A stretch of DNA of 58,658 nucleotides, from the NCBI GenBank assembly GCA_964016885.1, contig CAXHJY010000283.1, positions 1 to 58,658 of the forward strand, in the 5' to 3' direction. The position numbers were made by a program, and so were the translations under genes. The notes below the pieces were generated by a model. It saw only the letters and a list, made by a program, of their open reading frames with translations, was not told the origin of the DNA and did no database searches. This document shows positions 18,268-31,574 of the stretch, piece by piece (position 1 is the first letter of the stretch; each line of letters opens with the position of its first letter). The stretch comes from Eledone cirrhosa (taxonomy: Eukaryota).

Positions 18268-18303
18268 CTGACGATGTTGCAGATGTGCAACGAAATATTT
18301 ATG
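18268..18303 (+). ncRNA. Degenerate hammerhead-like relic
   Basis: CUGACGA-u-GUUGCA(gaug)UGCAAC-GAAA present; helix I and cleavage triplet not conserved. Confidence 0.4.
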
Positions 18304-18505
18304 TAAATTATGTAAACTATATATATGTGTTTGTGTCTATATTGTATCTGTATTATTTTTGACCCTCGGTCAGTCAATGGCAACATTGAGGATCGAGTAA
18401 GTTAGATCGCAGATATAAAAGACAGCGAGAAGCGAAAACCAACCAAACAGTGAGTGTGTTCTGTTATTAATTCTGGCAATATTACGCAAATATGACTCTC
18501 CCCAA

Positions 18506-18575
<70 letters not shown>

Positions 18576-18653
18576 AAATAATAAATAAATAAACTAATAC
18601 CTTAACACTTCACACAAAGTAAAACATTTCGTTTTAATCATTTTCTAACCCAG

Positions 18654-18702
<49 letters not shown>

Positions 18703-18821
18703 AAAAAAAAGGAAAAAAAAAAATTGTTCTTCCTCATAATCGTCTCTTTCTCTCTGTTTGCGTATATATATATATATACGTTTAAATTTGGTTCCGTTGG
18801 TATATATCTATTACGCAATTT

Positions 18822-18879
18822 ACACCTGATGAGGTCACCGGGTTCTTACACAACCTGGCCACTGAAATGTGCATAGTGT
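18822..18879 (+). ncRNA. Type-I hammerhead ribozyme in a short TA-flanked insert (~18780-18938)
   Basis: ACAC-CUGAUGA-imperfect helix II-GAAA-U(gugc)A-UA^-GUGU. Confidence 0.7.
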
Positions 18880-18951
18880 TTACAGTAATAACAAATAAGG
18901 AAATTCAACATATTTGGCCTCCTGTCATTTCACTTTATAATATATATATAT

Positions 18952-19146
18952 AACAAAGAAAGTGTAGTAAGGAACCAGGTAGACCATAACGCACCAGATT
19001 ACTCGATACTTAGGGTAGTAGAGTTGGTAATAGGAGAAGAATGAGGACCCCGACGGTTGAATTCCGGCCGTTTCGACAGCTACTAATTCAGATCTAGCTG
19101 TCGAAACGGCCGGAGTTCAGCCGTCGGGGTCCTGACTCTTCTCCTA
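18952..19146. mobile_element. Fold-back family B copy
   Basis: Arms ending ...GTTTCGACAGCTA / TAGCTGTCGAAAC..., same tail as 18034; TA flanks. Confidence 0.8.
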
Positions 19147-19175
19147 TATATATATGCATATATATATATATATAT

Positions 19176-19254
19176 ATTAAAATAACAGATTAACGTTTAA
19201 GCAACGAATCGCTGCTTTCACCCTTTACGGGATCTTCAAATTTATTATTATTAC
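19176..19254. mobile_element. Internally deleted family E element
   Basis: Left arm of 54169-54386 joined directly to its tail end at the shared TCTTCA. Confidence 0.7.
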
Positions 19255-19654
19255 TATATATATATATATATATATATAAACATTATTAAAATATATTAGC
19301 GTGATGAGTGGAGAAACTTTTCCGTAAAATTATAGGAATCTCAATCACGGAAATACTGCTTATATGCATAACAAATATAACCTCTAATGAGCGGAAGAAT
19401 GGTCAGAGAAGTGAGAGGAGGAGAGAATGAGAGCAACAAAGTCTGAAGAATATGATGAGAAATGAGAGAAGTATAGAGAGAGAGAAGAGAAGAAAAGCAG
19501 GAATGAGAACGATGGATCAAAAATACATATATATACATACACATAGAGAAAAATATTGGCTCAATCACATTCCTTTTCGCTCTGTAACATTTCTTTATAC
19601 GAAACTGATCCTCGCATTATGACATAAAAGTGTTTATGGTAGAGTGCAGATATT

Positions 19655-19852
19655 TGTGGATTGGTAGAGCGTCGAATACAATGTCATTATAGTATTTGTT
19701 TTTTGGGGGGAGTGTTTCTTTTTTACATTCGGGGGTCGAATGCCGGTGAATTCAACTTTGTCATTCATCCTTTCGGGGGTCAATGAAATAAAGTACCTAT
19801 CAAGAACTGGAATTGATTCAAGCAACTTTCCTCTTGTGCCTAAATCAGAAAT
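19655..19852 (+). mobile_element. SINE family S2, diverged copy
   Basis: ctttgtcattcatcctttcgggggtcaatgaaataaagtacc, similar to 43920-44072. Confidence 0.55.
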
Positions 19853-19855
19853 AAT

Positions 19856-20272
19856 CTTCTTCTTCGGCCGAGTTAACACTCGCAAAGATTCAGCACGCTT
19901 TCTCCAACCGTCCCGGCCCAGCATGACATTTCTCAGTTCATCGATGTTATCAATATTGGCATCTCTCAGCAGGGTATCAATGAATGAGACGGCCTGTCTT
20001 CCCACGCTTCTTCGTCCGACCGCCGGTTTCCAGAGCACAAGTTGAGATGCTGTCTCTTCTGGATGACGCAGTGCCCAGCCAGTTTCATTCGTTGGCAGGC
20101 AACGTTTTTTGAGACTGGTGGTAGTGATCTGTATAGTTCTTTATTTGTCAGCTTCTGTTTCCAAGAAATGTTGAGAGCCATTCTCAACATCCTCGTGTAA
20201 CATCCGCCAAGTCTCTTGCATAACACTTTGTCAATAGTCCACGTTTCACTGCCGTAAAGCAGGACGGATTCA
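19856..20272 (-). mobile_element. RTE-clade LINE 3' fragment
   Basis: ESVLLYGSETW...YTRMLRMALNISW...RMKLAGHC...LWKP..GRRSVGRQ...GWRK, short (AAG)n tail. Confidence 0.8.
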
Positions 20273-20822
20273 ATATTTCAGAAATCAATATTTATCATAA
20301 ATCTATATAAAAACCATTGTTAAGTTATGTTCCAAACATTAGCTTAATGATCACAAAGTTAATCATTTTACTAAATCACTCCAGGTTCTTGATTATTTTC
20401 GAAATTATTTGAATATCATAGACAGTGCCTTTCGGTAGAAATACGGATAACAAAAGGGTTAAAAGAAACCTGTTTTCCTTTTACTCTCATTAATCTATAT
20501 CACCTGTACGACTCCATTTGTGTTGTTGTTTTTGTTGTTTTCTATTTCTTTCTCTCAGACTATCTTCCCGAAGAAGAACTTAAGCTCAAAATATCAGAGT
20601 AGTTTCTATTTTCATTTCCAGAGTGTTAACCATAAGTGCACTGGTCATTCGATTTACGTCTTCGTCTTATTTTTCTGTCGTTGCGTATGTGCGTGTGTAT
20701 GTGTGTGTATGTGTGTGTGTGGGGGGGGGGTACGATTGTATGTATGTATATGTGCATGTACGTACGATTATATATATGTATGTATATATGTATGTATGTA
20801 TGCACGATTGTATATATGTATG

Positions 20823-20856
<34 letters not shown>

Positions 20857-21589
20857 TACACGATTATATATATATGTATATATGTATGTATGCACGATTG
20901 TATATATGTATGTATGGAAATACTCGGTTTGGTGCGCGAGTGTGCGGTTAGCTCCACCAGGATTGAGATACCCCTAGTTCTTCTTAGGACATCAGAAGGA
21001 AAACACTGATATAAAACCTGAGACTCGATGCCAACCAATGGTGCTGACCTGTTCTTCTTTTTGGAAACCTGTCACAGTTGTTCAGAGGATGGTATTGGTT
21101 TAGCACAGACGTTACTTGATCTAAATGACTTTCAAGCGTGATGCGTGAGCATAACTTTTTCTGTTAAGTCCTGCTGTATTGAAACAAATGTAAGGTATTA
21201 AATGATTTAAGGAATCTATTACATCATCTCAATTTGTTTCGCATTTCCCATGAGCGTTGTATAGTGAGGTTGCTATGACAATTTAACTACATTTTATTTA
21301 TTTCAACTTTTGCTATTCCACTTAGAAGTTAAATTTCATTTATTTAATGAACAGATACATATTTATCACTAATAATTTCTTTTATATCTAATACATACAC
21401 AGACAAACCATAAGTATACACAATGTTACTACGACCAGACACACTTAGACTCCACCACGAACAATGTATAGACCATTCAACCTATATATTCGCTGATAGA
21501 CACAACAAAACAACACATACAAGCACACTCACATGTCCCCCTTTTTCTATTTTTTATTTTTTATTTTCTAATCTCTAAACTACTGTACT

Positions 21590-21790
21590 CCCCTGATGAA
21601 CGACTAACGTCCGATATGTTAAACCTCTTTCTCTTAATTAGTCTTATAGGCGTGAAGTTAATAAGACTAATTGATTTCAAATCTCCGAGTTTGTCATTTT
21701 ATATCCCACCCGTCCCTTCAATCTATCTTATTTCTCATTCTTTCTTCTAATGAAGGACTAGCGCCCGAAACATCAAGACTCTCTTCCTGC
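21590..21790 (+). mobile_element. Two degenerate HHR-like PLE terminal relics
   Basis: cctgatgaacgactaacgtccgata and tcttctaatgaaggactagcgcccgaaacatcaaga. Confidence 0.35.
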
Positions 21791-22044
21791 TATTTCTAGC
21801 GTTAACCTAGTATATATACTGTACCGATTGTGTTGTTATTTCTGTTTACGTTTTACATATATATATAATTGAACCTCCTGTCGTCCATCATCCGTAAACA
21901 CGGCCCTGAGATATATGAACTTCTGTACTTACTTCAGTGGAATTCCACTCACGTGTAGAGTTTACAGTGCATGCATCCTTGAAAACATGTGCGTGTTAGT
22001 CTTCGCAGCATAGGCTTTTATTCCTGCCGGAAGACATGTGTAAT

Positions 22045-22240
22045 AGCCAAACTCACTATCTTCAATTCGGTATTCGTGCCAACCCTTACGTTATTCGACA
22101 GAGGGCGTAGCTCGGAAATCAGAGCTTCGCTAGAGGTAAAGCCACTACTTCTCCATATTGAGGGATCACAGCTCCGATATTTCAGACATGAGGTTAGAAT
22201 GTCTCAGGAAAGAAACGTTGGATAAATTTTACGGGCAAGA
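22045..22240 (+). mobile_element. RTE-clade LINE fragment
   Basis: IFNSVFVPTLT...RSSEIRASLEVKPLLLHIEGSQLRYFRHEVRMSQER; overlaps the fragment at 27870 in sequence. Confidence 0.65.
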
Positions 22241-23444
22241 AAGAGAAAGAGAGAACCAATTCGTGTAATAGAAGAAGAAGAAGAAGAAGAAGAAGAAGAA
22301 GAAGAAGAAGAAGAAGAAGAAGAAGAAGAAGAAGAAGAAGAAGATGATGATGATGATGATTAATACAGAAGAGCAGGAAAAGAATTGAACCAAGTGTGAT
22401 GTTTGTTTACATCAAGTCTGTTTATATACATATATATGTATGTATGTAGGCAAGGGCCTTGTTTCAGGGTGGTACCAGGGGACGATTCCCCCCCCCCCCC
22501 CACACACACACACGCACACTTTTTCAAACGTCTATGTTTTGTTTTTTGTTAATTTGATATAAATTGTTTTTAAGCTTTTTTTTTTTTATATCTGAACTTC
22601 ATTTCAATATATAAAATTTAATTAGCGTAAAATGTTACTTATGTGATAGGGTCCAGGAAAGGCATGCTCCTTTAATAATTTTTAAGGCAAACGAGGCCCC
22701 TGTATGTATGTGTATCTACAGTAGTTTAGGTTGAGATTAGGTGATTTGAGGGCGTATAACTATTATATATATATTACTATATATATATATATATATACAA
22801 ATATGTGTGGGGTGTTGATAGGTATGTCATGAAAGCGTACACACCTTACACGTGGGTATACAGACAGGTACCTATGTATACATATACATGTATACGTATA
22901 TTTGCACACACACACACACACACATTGTAACCCTTCCTCCGTTTTTCCTCCCCCCTCCCCCCTTTTCTAAATGTCTCTCCACCACTCCACCACACACCCT
23001 CGGAACTCTCTTCCCACCCACTTTTCGCCTGAAGGGCTTATGCCCTAAACGCCCCCCCCCCCCACTCTCAAGAGCGTGAAACTAAGAAACCTTTGTTTGT
23101 ACTGCCTCTCTGTTTTGTTCCCGTTCCATTTTTCACTATATATATATATATATATACAATTCACGCAGAGAAATGTATGTATGTGTATACATATGTGTGC
23201 ATCGGTATATGTATATATGTGTATGTATATGTGTGTGGTCTAAATTTGCCAAGTACATACCCAAAATTCTTGTCGTCCAAATTCCGTTGAAAGAGGAATA
23301 AATTGCTGCCTATACACACACGCGCGCGCGCGCGCGCATGCACATATACATGCACATATTCATATAAATACACACATGTATATATGGGTGTTTGCCTCTG
23401 TGTGTGTGTGTGCGTGTGAATATCTATATATTTAAGCACATATA

Positions 23445-23486
<42 letters not shown>

Positions 23487-23525
23487 TTATATATATATAT
23501 ATGTACATATATAAGTAAATCGGCA

Positions 23526-23556
<31 letters not shown>

Positions 23557-24044
23557 ACTTAAGTTTATATATATATATGTGTGTGTGTTTATATATATAT
23601 ATATACGTGTGTGTGTGTGTATGTATGCATGTATATGTATGTAACCACACACATACACACACACACACACTTATACATATATCTGTCCGTTCGAAGACAA
23701 GTGTTTTTGGACTGGTTTAACAAGGTGAAAATCAGGACAAAGTAAACTGACAGGATGAAATAGAAGAGAGAAGGTGTTACGTTAATGGGGTTAGTGGGAC
23801 TGGGGTAAATGTACTCTTTTACACTCTAATTGGTTTCGGTCATTAGACTGCGGCCACGGTGAGGGCTGCCTGATTCTGTCGATTTTATCGAGCGTATTAT
23901 TGGTCTTTTCGGGTCTTGCACTTATTTTTTGTCGACCTGGTAAATTACGGTTTATATATAGAGTAGACATACACGTAAACATAGACACAAACATGCAAAC
24001 TCATATCTGTGTGTGTGTATGATTGTGTGTGTGTGTGTGTGTGT

Positions 24045-24097
<53 letters not shown>

Positions 24098-24149
24098 TAT
24101 ATATATATCGACAAGATCCCAGACCTCATTCGCTTAACCAGTTGAGTGA

Positions 24150-24351
24150 AGCTCGTCAAATTGGACCGAGGAAACAATGTTTCCATTGGTCTTTCCAATA
24201 CTAATACTATCTGTCGGTCGCAAATGGAGACAGATGGAGCAACGTGAAATAAAGTACCTTGCTGAAAGATATAACGCATCACCCGGTTCGGGAATCGAAA
24301 GCACAGCCCCACGATTGGGAATCCAATTCTCTAAACACTCAGCCACGTGCC
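24150..24351 (-). mobile_element. tRNA-derived SINE family S1
   Basis: Reverse complement of the 44236-44452 family. Confidence 0.75.
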
Positions 24352-25200
24352 ACGAGTTTCTAAATATGAAAGGCTTCAGGAGAGTGGAGGCACAGACTGC
24401 CTGTTAGACAAGAAACTTGCCATGAAGCTTACGATAGTTGTTGTGAAAGACCTTACTGTGTCTTCCAAAATCTACATTGGTCTGTATGGGAAGGTTTAAG
24501 ATAAATCCACCAATACAATAAACAGGCCCTCAATTACCGTTGCCCTCTACCACTGACTGGAATCATCCTGTGCTCATTGCCAGCCTCTACGTCGCTACCA
24601 GAATGTTTAATGATTTAAGATCCACATTAAAGGAAAACAGATCTGCTTTATAATAGAGGTTGTGGTGTGTGTATTTCCCAATACCACGGCTGTTGTCTCC
24701 GTACAGATGCTAGAGACTACCCACCATGCAGTCTTTTGGAAATCACCTTTAAGCTGACAGCCACAACTTGATTGTCTCTCAAAGTGTACTTCACCAGCCT
24801 TTTTTCATCCAGGACTATCGTACCGGGTATGAGGGTAGTGATTACTAAGAATCTCTACTTGCGGGAACGTATATAAGTAAGACACGCCCCCAACGGCACC
24901 CCAACCTATCTGAGAGAACAGTAACACGATTAAGAACTGACTTAATATGTGGTGACACGTCCAGGAGAACAGACGTTAAAAGAAATAGTGGGTATTGGAT
25001 TTCTGTTGACTTTCATGAGTTTCTCCGCCCTTTGTCGTGTACATTTTTCATCACACGAGGTATCTAAGAAGCAACTCTTCACCCAGTAGGCTTTGGGGGT
25101 GTGCCCACTTATTTACCGCCGACCAGACCATACAACAGGTTGTACAGTGTTAAAGGTTACCAGCAGCACTGAAGAGCAGCCTCAGACACACACATACATA

Positions 25201-25257
<57 letters not shown>

Positions 25258-25259
<2 letters not shown>

Positions 25260-25445
25260 TATCCCGGGTTCAATCGGGGGTAACCACAGTAAGAAATGTA
25301 CTCAATACATAGCAGAGTAGAAATATATAACATAGAAATGGCTGCTGTTTCATTCGGAGGAAATCATCAGGAAAGCCCTTTGATGATTTCCTGATGATTT
25401 TCTCCGAATGAAACAGTTCTAGTCCTGTAGAAGCCATTTCTATAT
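25258..25445. mobile_element. Fold-back family F
   Basis: Arms GTTTCATTCGGAGGAAATCATCAGGAAA / TTTCCTGATGATTTTCTCCGAATGAAAC, tail on the left, GAAAC-aguucua-GUC motif; TA flanks. Confidence 0.75.
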
Positions 25446-25837
25446 TATATATATATATAATAATATATATATATAAATGGCTATATATATATATATATAT
25501 ATGAACACATACACACATATATATATCATATACATGCATGTATACGTTCATACACACACACATACACACAAACATACATATGTGAAATAATATAGAGACC
25601 AGACAATACGACAATAACAGCCTGATGACGTCAGTCGCCACCGTACCAGTAATTGTGGGTTTGGTTGTTTTTATGTTGTTAGTGTTTGGGTATGGATATA
25701 CTTTTTGTTTATGTAGTGTGTAGCTTTATGGATTATATTTGCTAGAGATCGTAGTGAGCTTTGTTTTGGTGTCGATTTGTTTGCATTTAAAATAAGATAA
25801 TTAACATTCCATCTGTGTACTCACAGGGTCATCAATA

Positions 25838-25883
<46 letters not shown>

Positions 25884-25900
25884 CATACATACATACATAC

Positions 25901-25986
<86 letters not shown>

Positions 25987-26059
25987 TAGGTGCATGTGCC
26001 TGTGTATTTATTTGCTTTGCAAGTTTCAGGTAAGAAACACTATCGCATATACGGTGGCA

Positions 26060-27850
26060 TCAACTACTTAAAATACGCTAATGTCACATGTCACATATCA
26101 CAAAAATACTCAAGTAGAGGAGGCGGATATCGGCGTCAGCATCAGCATCACTGGCGACGTGGTCAACCTGTTTATGTTATGGTTGGACAACAGTCTCAAT
26201 AAACGCTAAGTAGAGAGCTCCATAGCCCTCACCATGTACTCTCGCTATGTAGATGTCTGGTAAAACATAGTGGTAAAACACTGCCACAACAGAATACCAA
26301 TGAGTTTGAACTAGAAGCTAACACCAGGGAGAGCATCCAACAAATAGCTAACTTCATCGAGCAGACTATTAGAGTAACGGTAAACTACCCAACTAAGCAC
26401 CAAAACCGTAGACTACCTGTGTTAGAAACGGAACTCTGGCTGGAAACTAAGAATGACGAAGCCAACATCCTCCATTCGCATTATGCCAAACCCATGACTT
26501 CCAAGTACATGATCAACCTGAGCTCAGCAATCTCAATATATTGATAACGGACCTAGGAAGGAGGAAGAAAAATGTCTCCCACGTGTGCGATCCCACAGAA
26601 TTAGAGAGACACACCCAGCACTTCATCTACCGCTTACTGTTCTCTTGATACAGTCAAAGAGACAGGATGAAAATAGAACAACACTGGCAGGTAGATAAGG
26701 TATATAGATAGATATATGGGGAAATAGATAGGTTAGATGAAAAATATATAATTCGGAATGAAAAGTTTTCTCCTGTATCTTAAAGGAGAGAAAAGGAATT
26801 AAGTCATTTATGGGACGTGACGTGCAATGACGTTCTCCGCCTCCAACTTAGCCGCTTCGGCCACAAACCCCAGTACTAGGTATTGAAGTATTTAAAACTA
26901 TTCAACAGAATTCGTAATATAATCGGCTTGTCTCCCCACAGCCCCGGCGGACAGAATAGAGAAGGCGTTTCCCCGAGGACGACAAGGGAGACAGGATTAA
27001 GATGTACAAATGAGCCATAGAAAAATTCGAATCGATCATAGAGAATGACACGAATGGGATTTGCTCGTTTTACATGAGCAAATCATGGAATAGTATAGAA
27101 AAGACTAAGAGGAAGATAGGGAATCCCAACACATCGTATGGCAGCTCAAAATACCAGAGTCATGTTGAACGACGCTAACACTAGAGGTGAAATAACGTAT
27201 TGGTTTTGGAGTGCCTTAGATAAACTGAACCTAACAATTAAAGTGGTAGAAAAGCCAGGAACTCCAATAAAATCCCTGATCAGTAGGATATACTCTTTTA
27301 AGAAAAACCCTGTACTGATAGTAACTCTGTAGTGTGTGAACTACAAAACTAGAAATGCCGTCTATAGGATAAGATGTGCAGAGAGGCGGCGTAGAAATAT
27401 GACAATAACATTTACAGGTAAGATAGCCCATAGCTAGGGTGAAGGAACACTGGTGAGAACTCAGAATGGAGAAAAGTTCGTCATTGCTTCAACAATATGC
27501 CAAACTAGAACGCGCGGGTTCAATAGATAACATTGAAGTAAAATCTTATCCACACATAAGACCGACAAAACGCTAAAAAAAAAAATAAAAAAAATAGAGT
27601 CGACACATATAATAGTGAACAGACCGAACCTCAATAGAAAACACGAATAAAATAGTAAAACCCACAACCCACAGCCTAAGGATTGAGATCAAGTAAAGTA
27701 ACATAATGTGACACACACAGGAATAAAAAAAAAATATAAGACCAGAAAGAAGATGAAACACAGAAGGAAATAGTCATTGAGGCAATCACAGAATGTCTGA
27801 TGAAAAACATTGACAAACTAACTAATAACTAATAATAAGGCTGAAGTGTG
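26060..27850 (+). mobile_element. Degenerate Penelope-like retroelement (RT, Cys linker, GIY-YIG, 3' UTR); Nematis-like by recalled motifs
   Basis: IGVSI..TGDVVNLFMLW...YSRYVD; IQQIANFI...VTVNYPTKHQNRRLPVLE; HSHYAKPM; IKVVEKPGTPIK; VYRIRC...RVKEH...NLNRKHE*; degenerate HHR 27772-27814 homologous to 6234-6278; many stops and frameshifts. Confidence 0.85.
26800..26880 (+). mobile_element. CRE-like fragment inside an insertion interrupting the PLE
   Basis: tgggacgtgacgtgc...ctccaacttagccgcttcggccacaaacccc matches sequences near 13665 and 40055. Confidence 0.6.
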
Positions 27851-27869
27851 TTTTTATATGCATTATTGA

Positions 27870-28115
27870 AATGAGAGATCACAGCTCTGATACTATGGGC
27901 ATGTGGTTAGAATGTCTCAGGAAAGATTCGCTGGATAGATTTTACGGGCAAAACCAACCGGCAGGAGACCAAGGAGTAGACCCCCAGCAAGATGGTTCGA
28001 TAACATCCATGAGCTTGGCTGGTCTTGCTTGGAGATCCAGCCGGATCAGTTGGATACGGTAGCTTCTTATATTACTCGCTGGAAGGAGTGTTTGAGCACT
28101 CTGTCCCTCATGATC
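27870..28115 (+). mobile_element. RTE-clade LINE 3' fragment
   Basis: YYGHVVRMSQER...KPTGRRPRSRP...RWFDNIHEL. Confidence 0.7.
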
Positions 28116-28372
28116 ATCACCACGTATAACAATATTATATATGTGTGTGTGAGTGTGTTTGAACAATAAAAACATAAGTCAACTGTAGGTAGAGAGTGAA
28201 TTCGTTGTTTTAAGATCGTTTCTGAGTGTCTATTGAACGGTGGAGATGGATGTATCGACCAGCATGGTAGTGGTTATGTTACTACCTATTACTAGTCTCG
28301 AAGTTCCAGTTCAATCGGCCGTCCTCCTCAGAAACACTAAACTAAGCTCCACCACCAACACCAGGTGGACTA

Positions 28373-28738
<366 letters not shown>

Positions 28739-28758
28739 TATATATATATATATATATA

Positions 28759-28952
28759 TAGGAAAAAGTATGACCCCGACGGCAGAGCTGAAGCCGTTTC
28801 GACGGCTATTTCTGTACCATAAATAGCCGTCGAAACGGCTTGAGTTCTGCCGTCGGGATCATACTTTTTCCTATTACCCACTCTACTACCCCAAGTATTG
28901 AGTACTCTGGTGCGTTATGGTCCATCTGGTTCCTTACCACAATTCCTTCGTG
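28759..28952. mobile_element. Fold-back family B copy, opposite orientation
   Basis: Hairpin 28759-28874 followed by the reverse-complement tail; TA flanks. Confidence 0.8.
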
Positions 28953-29059
28953 ATATATATATATTTATATATATATATATATATATAAATATAAATTTAC
29001 CGAAAATCGCATTTCGGCGGGTAGAAAAAACTAAACGAAACGCAAAAATCAGAAATAAT

Positions 29060-29239
29060 TGTTTCTACTTTAGGCACAAGGCCAGCAATTATCCAGTACA
29101 TTACTGGTACTTTATTTTATCTACCCCGTAAGGATGAAAGGCAAAGTTAACCTCGGCGGGATTTGAACTCAGACTGTAAAGGGACGTAACTATGCTAGAA
29201 AGCATCACGTCCGACCCTCTACCGATACTGCCAATCCAC
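29060..29239 (-). mobile_element. SINE family S2 with target-site duplication
   Basis: Flanked by cgca(a/g)aaatcagaaataat at 29041-29059 and 29240-29258; GAGTTCAAATCC B-box-like motif. Confidence 0.8.
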
Positions 29240-29569
29240 CGCAGAAATCAGAAATAATGCTGGCAAGCGCTCCATAATTAAAAAACCAGAGCTAAACAAT
29301 ATGTTAAAACGCCATACATATATATATATACGTTTACCAACTTACCAAATTCTACTATCAAGGCATTGGTCAACCAAAGTTATTTTAAAGGGCAACATGT
29401 CGAGGAGCTGCGCTACGAGACTGAACCAATAACCGTTGATATATATATGTGGAGAGGTGAGAGGATCGAAGGAGCTTAGTTAGGTAAAGAAGGGGAGGAG
29501 GTTATTGGTGGATTTGAAGAAGAAACAGAGAGGAGGGTTCTTTGTAGAGGTTGTGGCAAGAGAGAGAAG

Positions 29570-29614
29570 AGTTGCAGCAACAGTAGCTGCTGCAGCAGCA
29601 GCAGCAGTAGCAGC

Positions 29615-29705
<91 letters not shown>

Positions 29706-29790
29706 CTAGTAGTGGTACTAGTGGTGGTAGTAGTAGTGGTAGTAGTAGTAGTAGTGCTAGTAGTAGTAGCAGTAGTAGTAGTAGTGATGA
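29570..29790. repeat. (TAG)n microsatellite
   Basis: Direct reading. Confidence 0.9.
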
Positions 29791-29939
29791 GGGAAAGAAG
29801 GGGAGGAAGTTAGTGGTGGGAGAAAGATAGTAAGGTAGCACTTACATGGACTGAGGTAAATATAAGGTTGATACATAGAGAGGGGAAAAGTGGAGGAGGT
29901 AGGTTCGAGGTAGCAATGTTTGTCGAACTAATGGAGTTG

Positions 29940-31450
29940 GAGGGGAGGGTAGAAGTACCTATATTATAAAGGGTGGGGTGATGGGGAGGTAGAAGTACCA
30001 ATATTATAAAGGGTGGGGAGATGGGGGGGGGGTAGAAGTACCTATATTATAAAGGGTGTGTATAGAGACAGAAATGGAGGTAAACATGAGTGAAGGGTGG
30101 TCAATATTAAGAGGGAGAGGGGAGACGGGGGAGGGGAGAGAGGGGGAGACGGGGGGGGCTTGAACTAAAGTTATATAGGTACAAGTGCATAAAATTTGTA
30201 AAGAGGTTGTCGGATTAGGGTAGACATACTACTCATATACGGCGTGGGTGGAGAGGGGACAGAAGTACTGTTGATGGAGGGGATGGGCTAGATATAAGGG
30301 ATAAGTAGCGGGGTTAGTTGGACTGGAATAAAAATGATGCAGAGGGAGAGGGGGTTAGAGAGCGGAGGTGGAGTGGGGGTGGAGAGTGGGGGGATATTGG
30401 TGGAGGGAGGGGGTGGATTTGAGGGGGGGGGGGTAAAGTTGGAGGTGTGATAGTGGTGGTGGGGGTGTAGTGGAGGGGGTGTTTGGAACAGCTCGGTGGT
30501 GGTGGCGGCGGTGTGGTGGTGATGAGGTATTGTAATGGTGGTGGTGGTGGGGTGGTTGTGAAGTGGGGCGGTGGTAATATAGTGATTTTGGTGGTGGCCG
30601 TGTGGTGACTGTGTGGTGGTGATGATGTGGTAGTGTGGTGGTGGCCGTGATGTGGTGGTGATGTGTGGTAGTGTGGTGGTGGCCGTGTGGTGGTGGTCGT
30701 GTGGTGGTGGGATGGTGGGGTGGTGGGTAGTTTGTTGGTGGAGTAGTGGGAGGGGGTAGTGGGGGGTGACGATGTGGTGTGTGGTAGTGTGGTGGTGAGG
30801 TGGTGGTGATGATGTGGTAGTGTGATGGTGGGGTGGTGGTGTTATGGTGTGGTGATGTGGTGATGTGGTGGTGGTGTGGTAATGATGTGGGGTGGTGGTG
30901 TGGTGATGATGTGGTGTGTGGTAGTGTGGTGAGGATGTGGTGGCCGTGATGTGGTAGTGTGGTGAGGATGTGGTGGCCGTGATGTGGTAGAGCGGTGTGG
31001 TGTTGATGTGATAGTGTGGTGGTGGCCGTGATGTAGTGGGGGGGTGCTGGTGTTGTGGTAGCGCGGTGGTGGTGTGCTGGTGATGTGGTGTTGGTGTGGT
31101 GCTGTGGTATGACAAAAATGACCAGAGTACTGTAAGTACATACAAAGCATGGTGCAAGTGACAGAGAATAGCGGGATAAAAATGGAACAAGGGGTTGGAG
31201 GAGTCTAGATGATGGTGTGATAGGATCGGGAGGGGGAGGGGTGTAGGAGAGGGTATGAGGGGGAGGCTCGATGGGTAAGAGGAGAGGTTAGAGGGGGAGG
31301 TTGGATATTTGAGTGAGAGGAGAGGGAGATGTTGGATATTGGACCGATGGGAGACTTAAGTGAGAGGGAATAGAGAGGTGGGTAAGGCAAGAGTCTAGAG
31401 TGATGGATAGGGAGGAGGGGGATGGGCACAGGAATGACATGGGGAGGTTG
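29940..31450. repeat. G-rich low-complexity region with a ~45 bp x3 repeat and degenerate (GTG) minisatellite
   Basis: gtagaagtacc.atattataaagggtg x3; gccgtgatgtggtagtgtggt units. Confidence 0.7.
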
Positions 31451-31542
31451 GAGTAGTAGTAGGAGGTATGATAAGAAGGAAGTCAGTTGAGGTCTAAAAC
31501 AACACCCAACGAGGGAAGTGGTGGGAGGTATATATCAGATAA

Positions 31543-31574
<32 letters not shown>

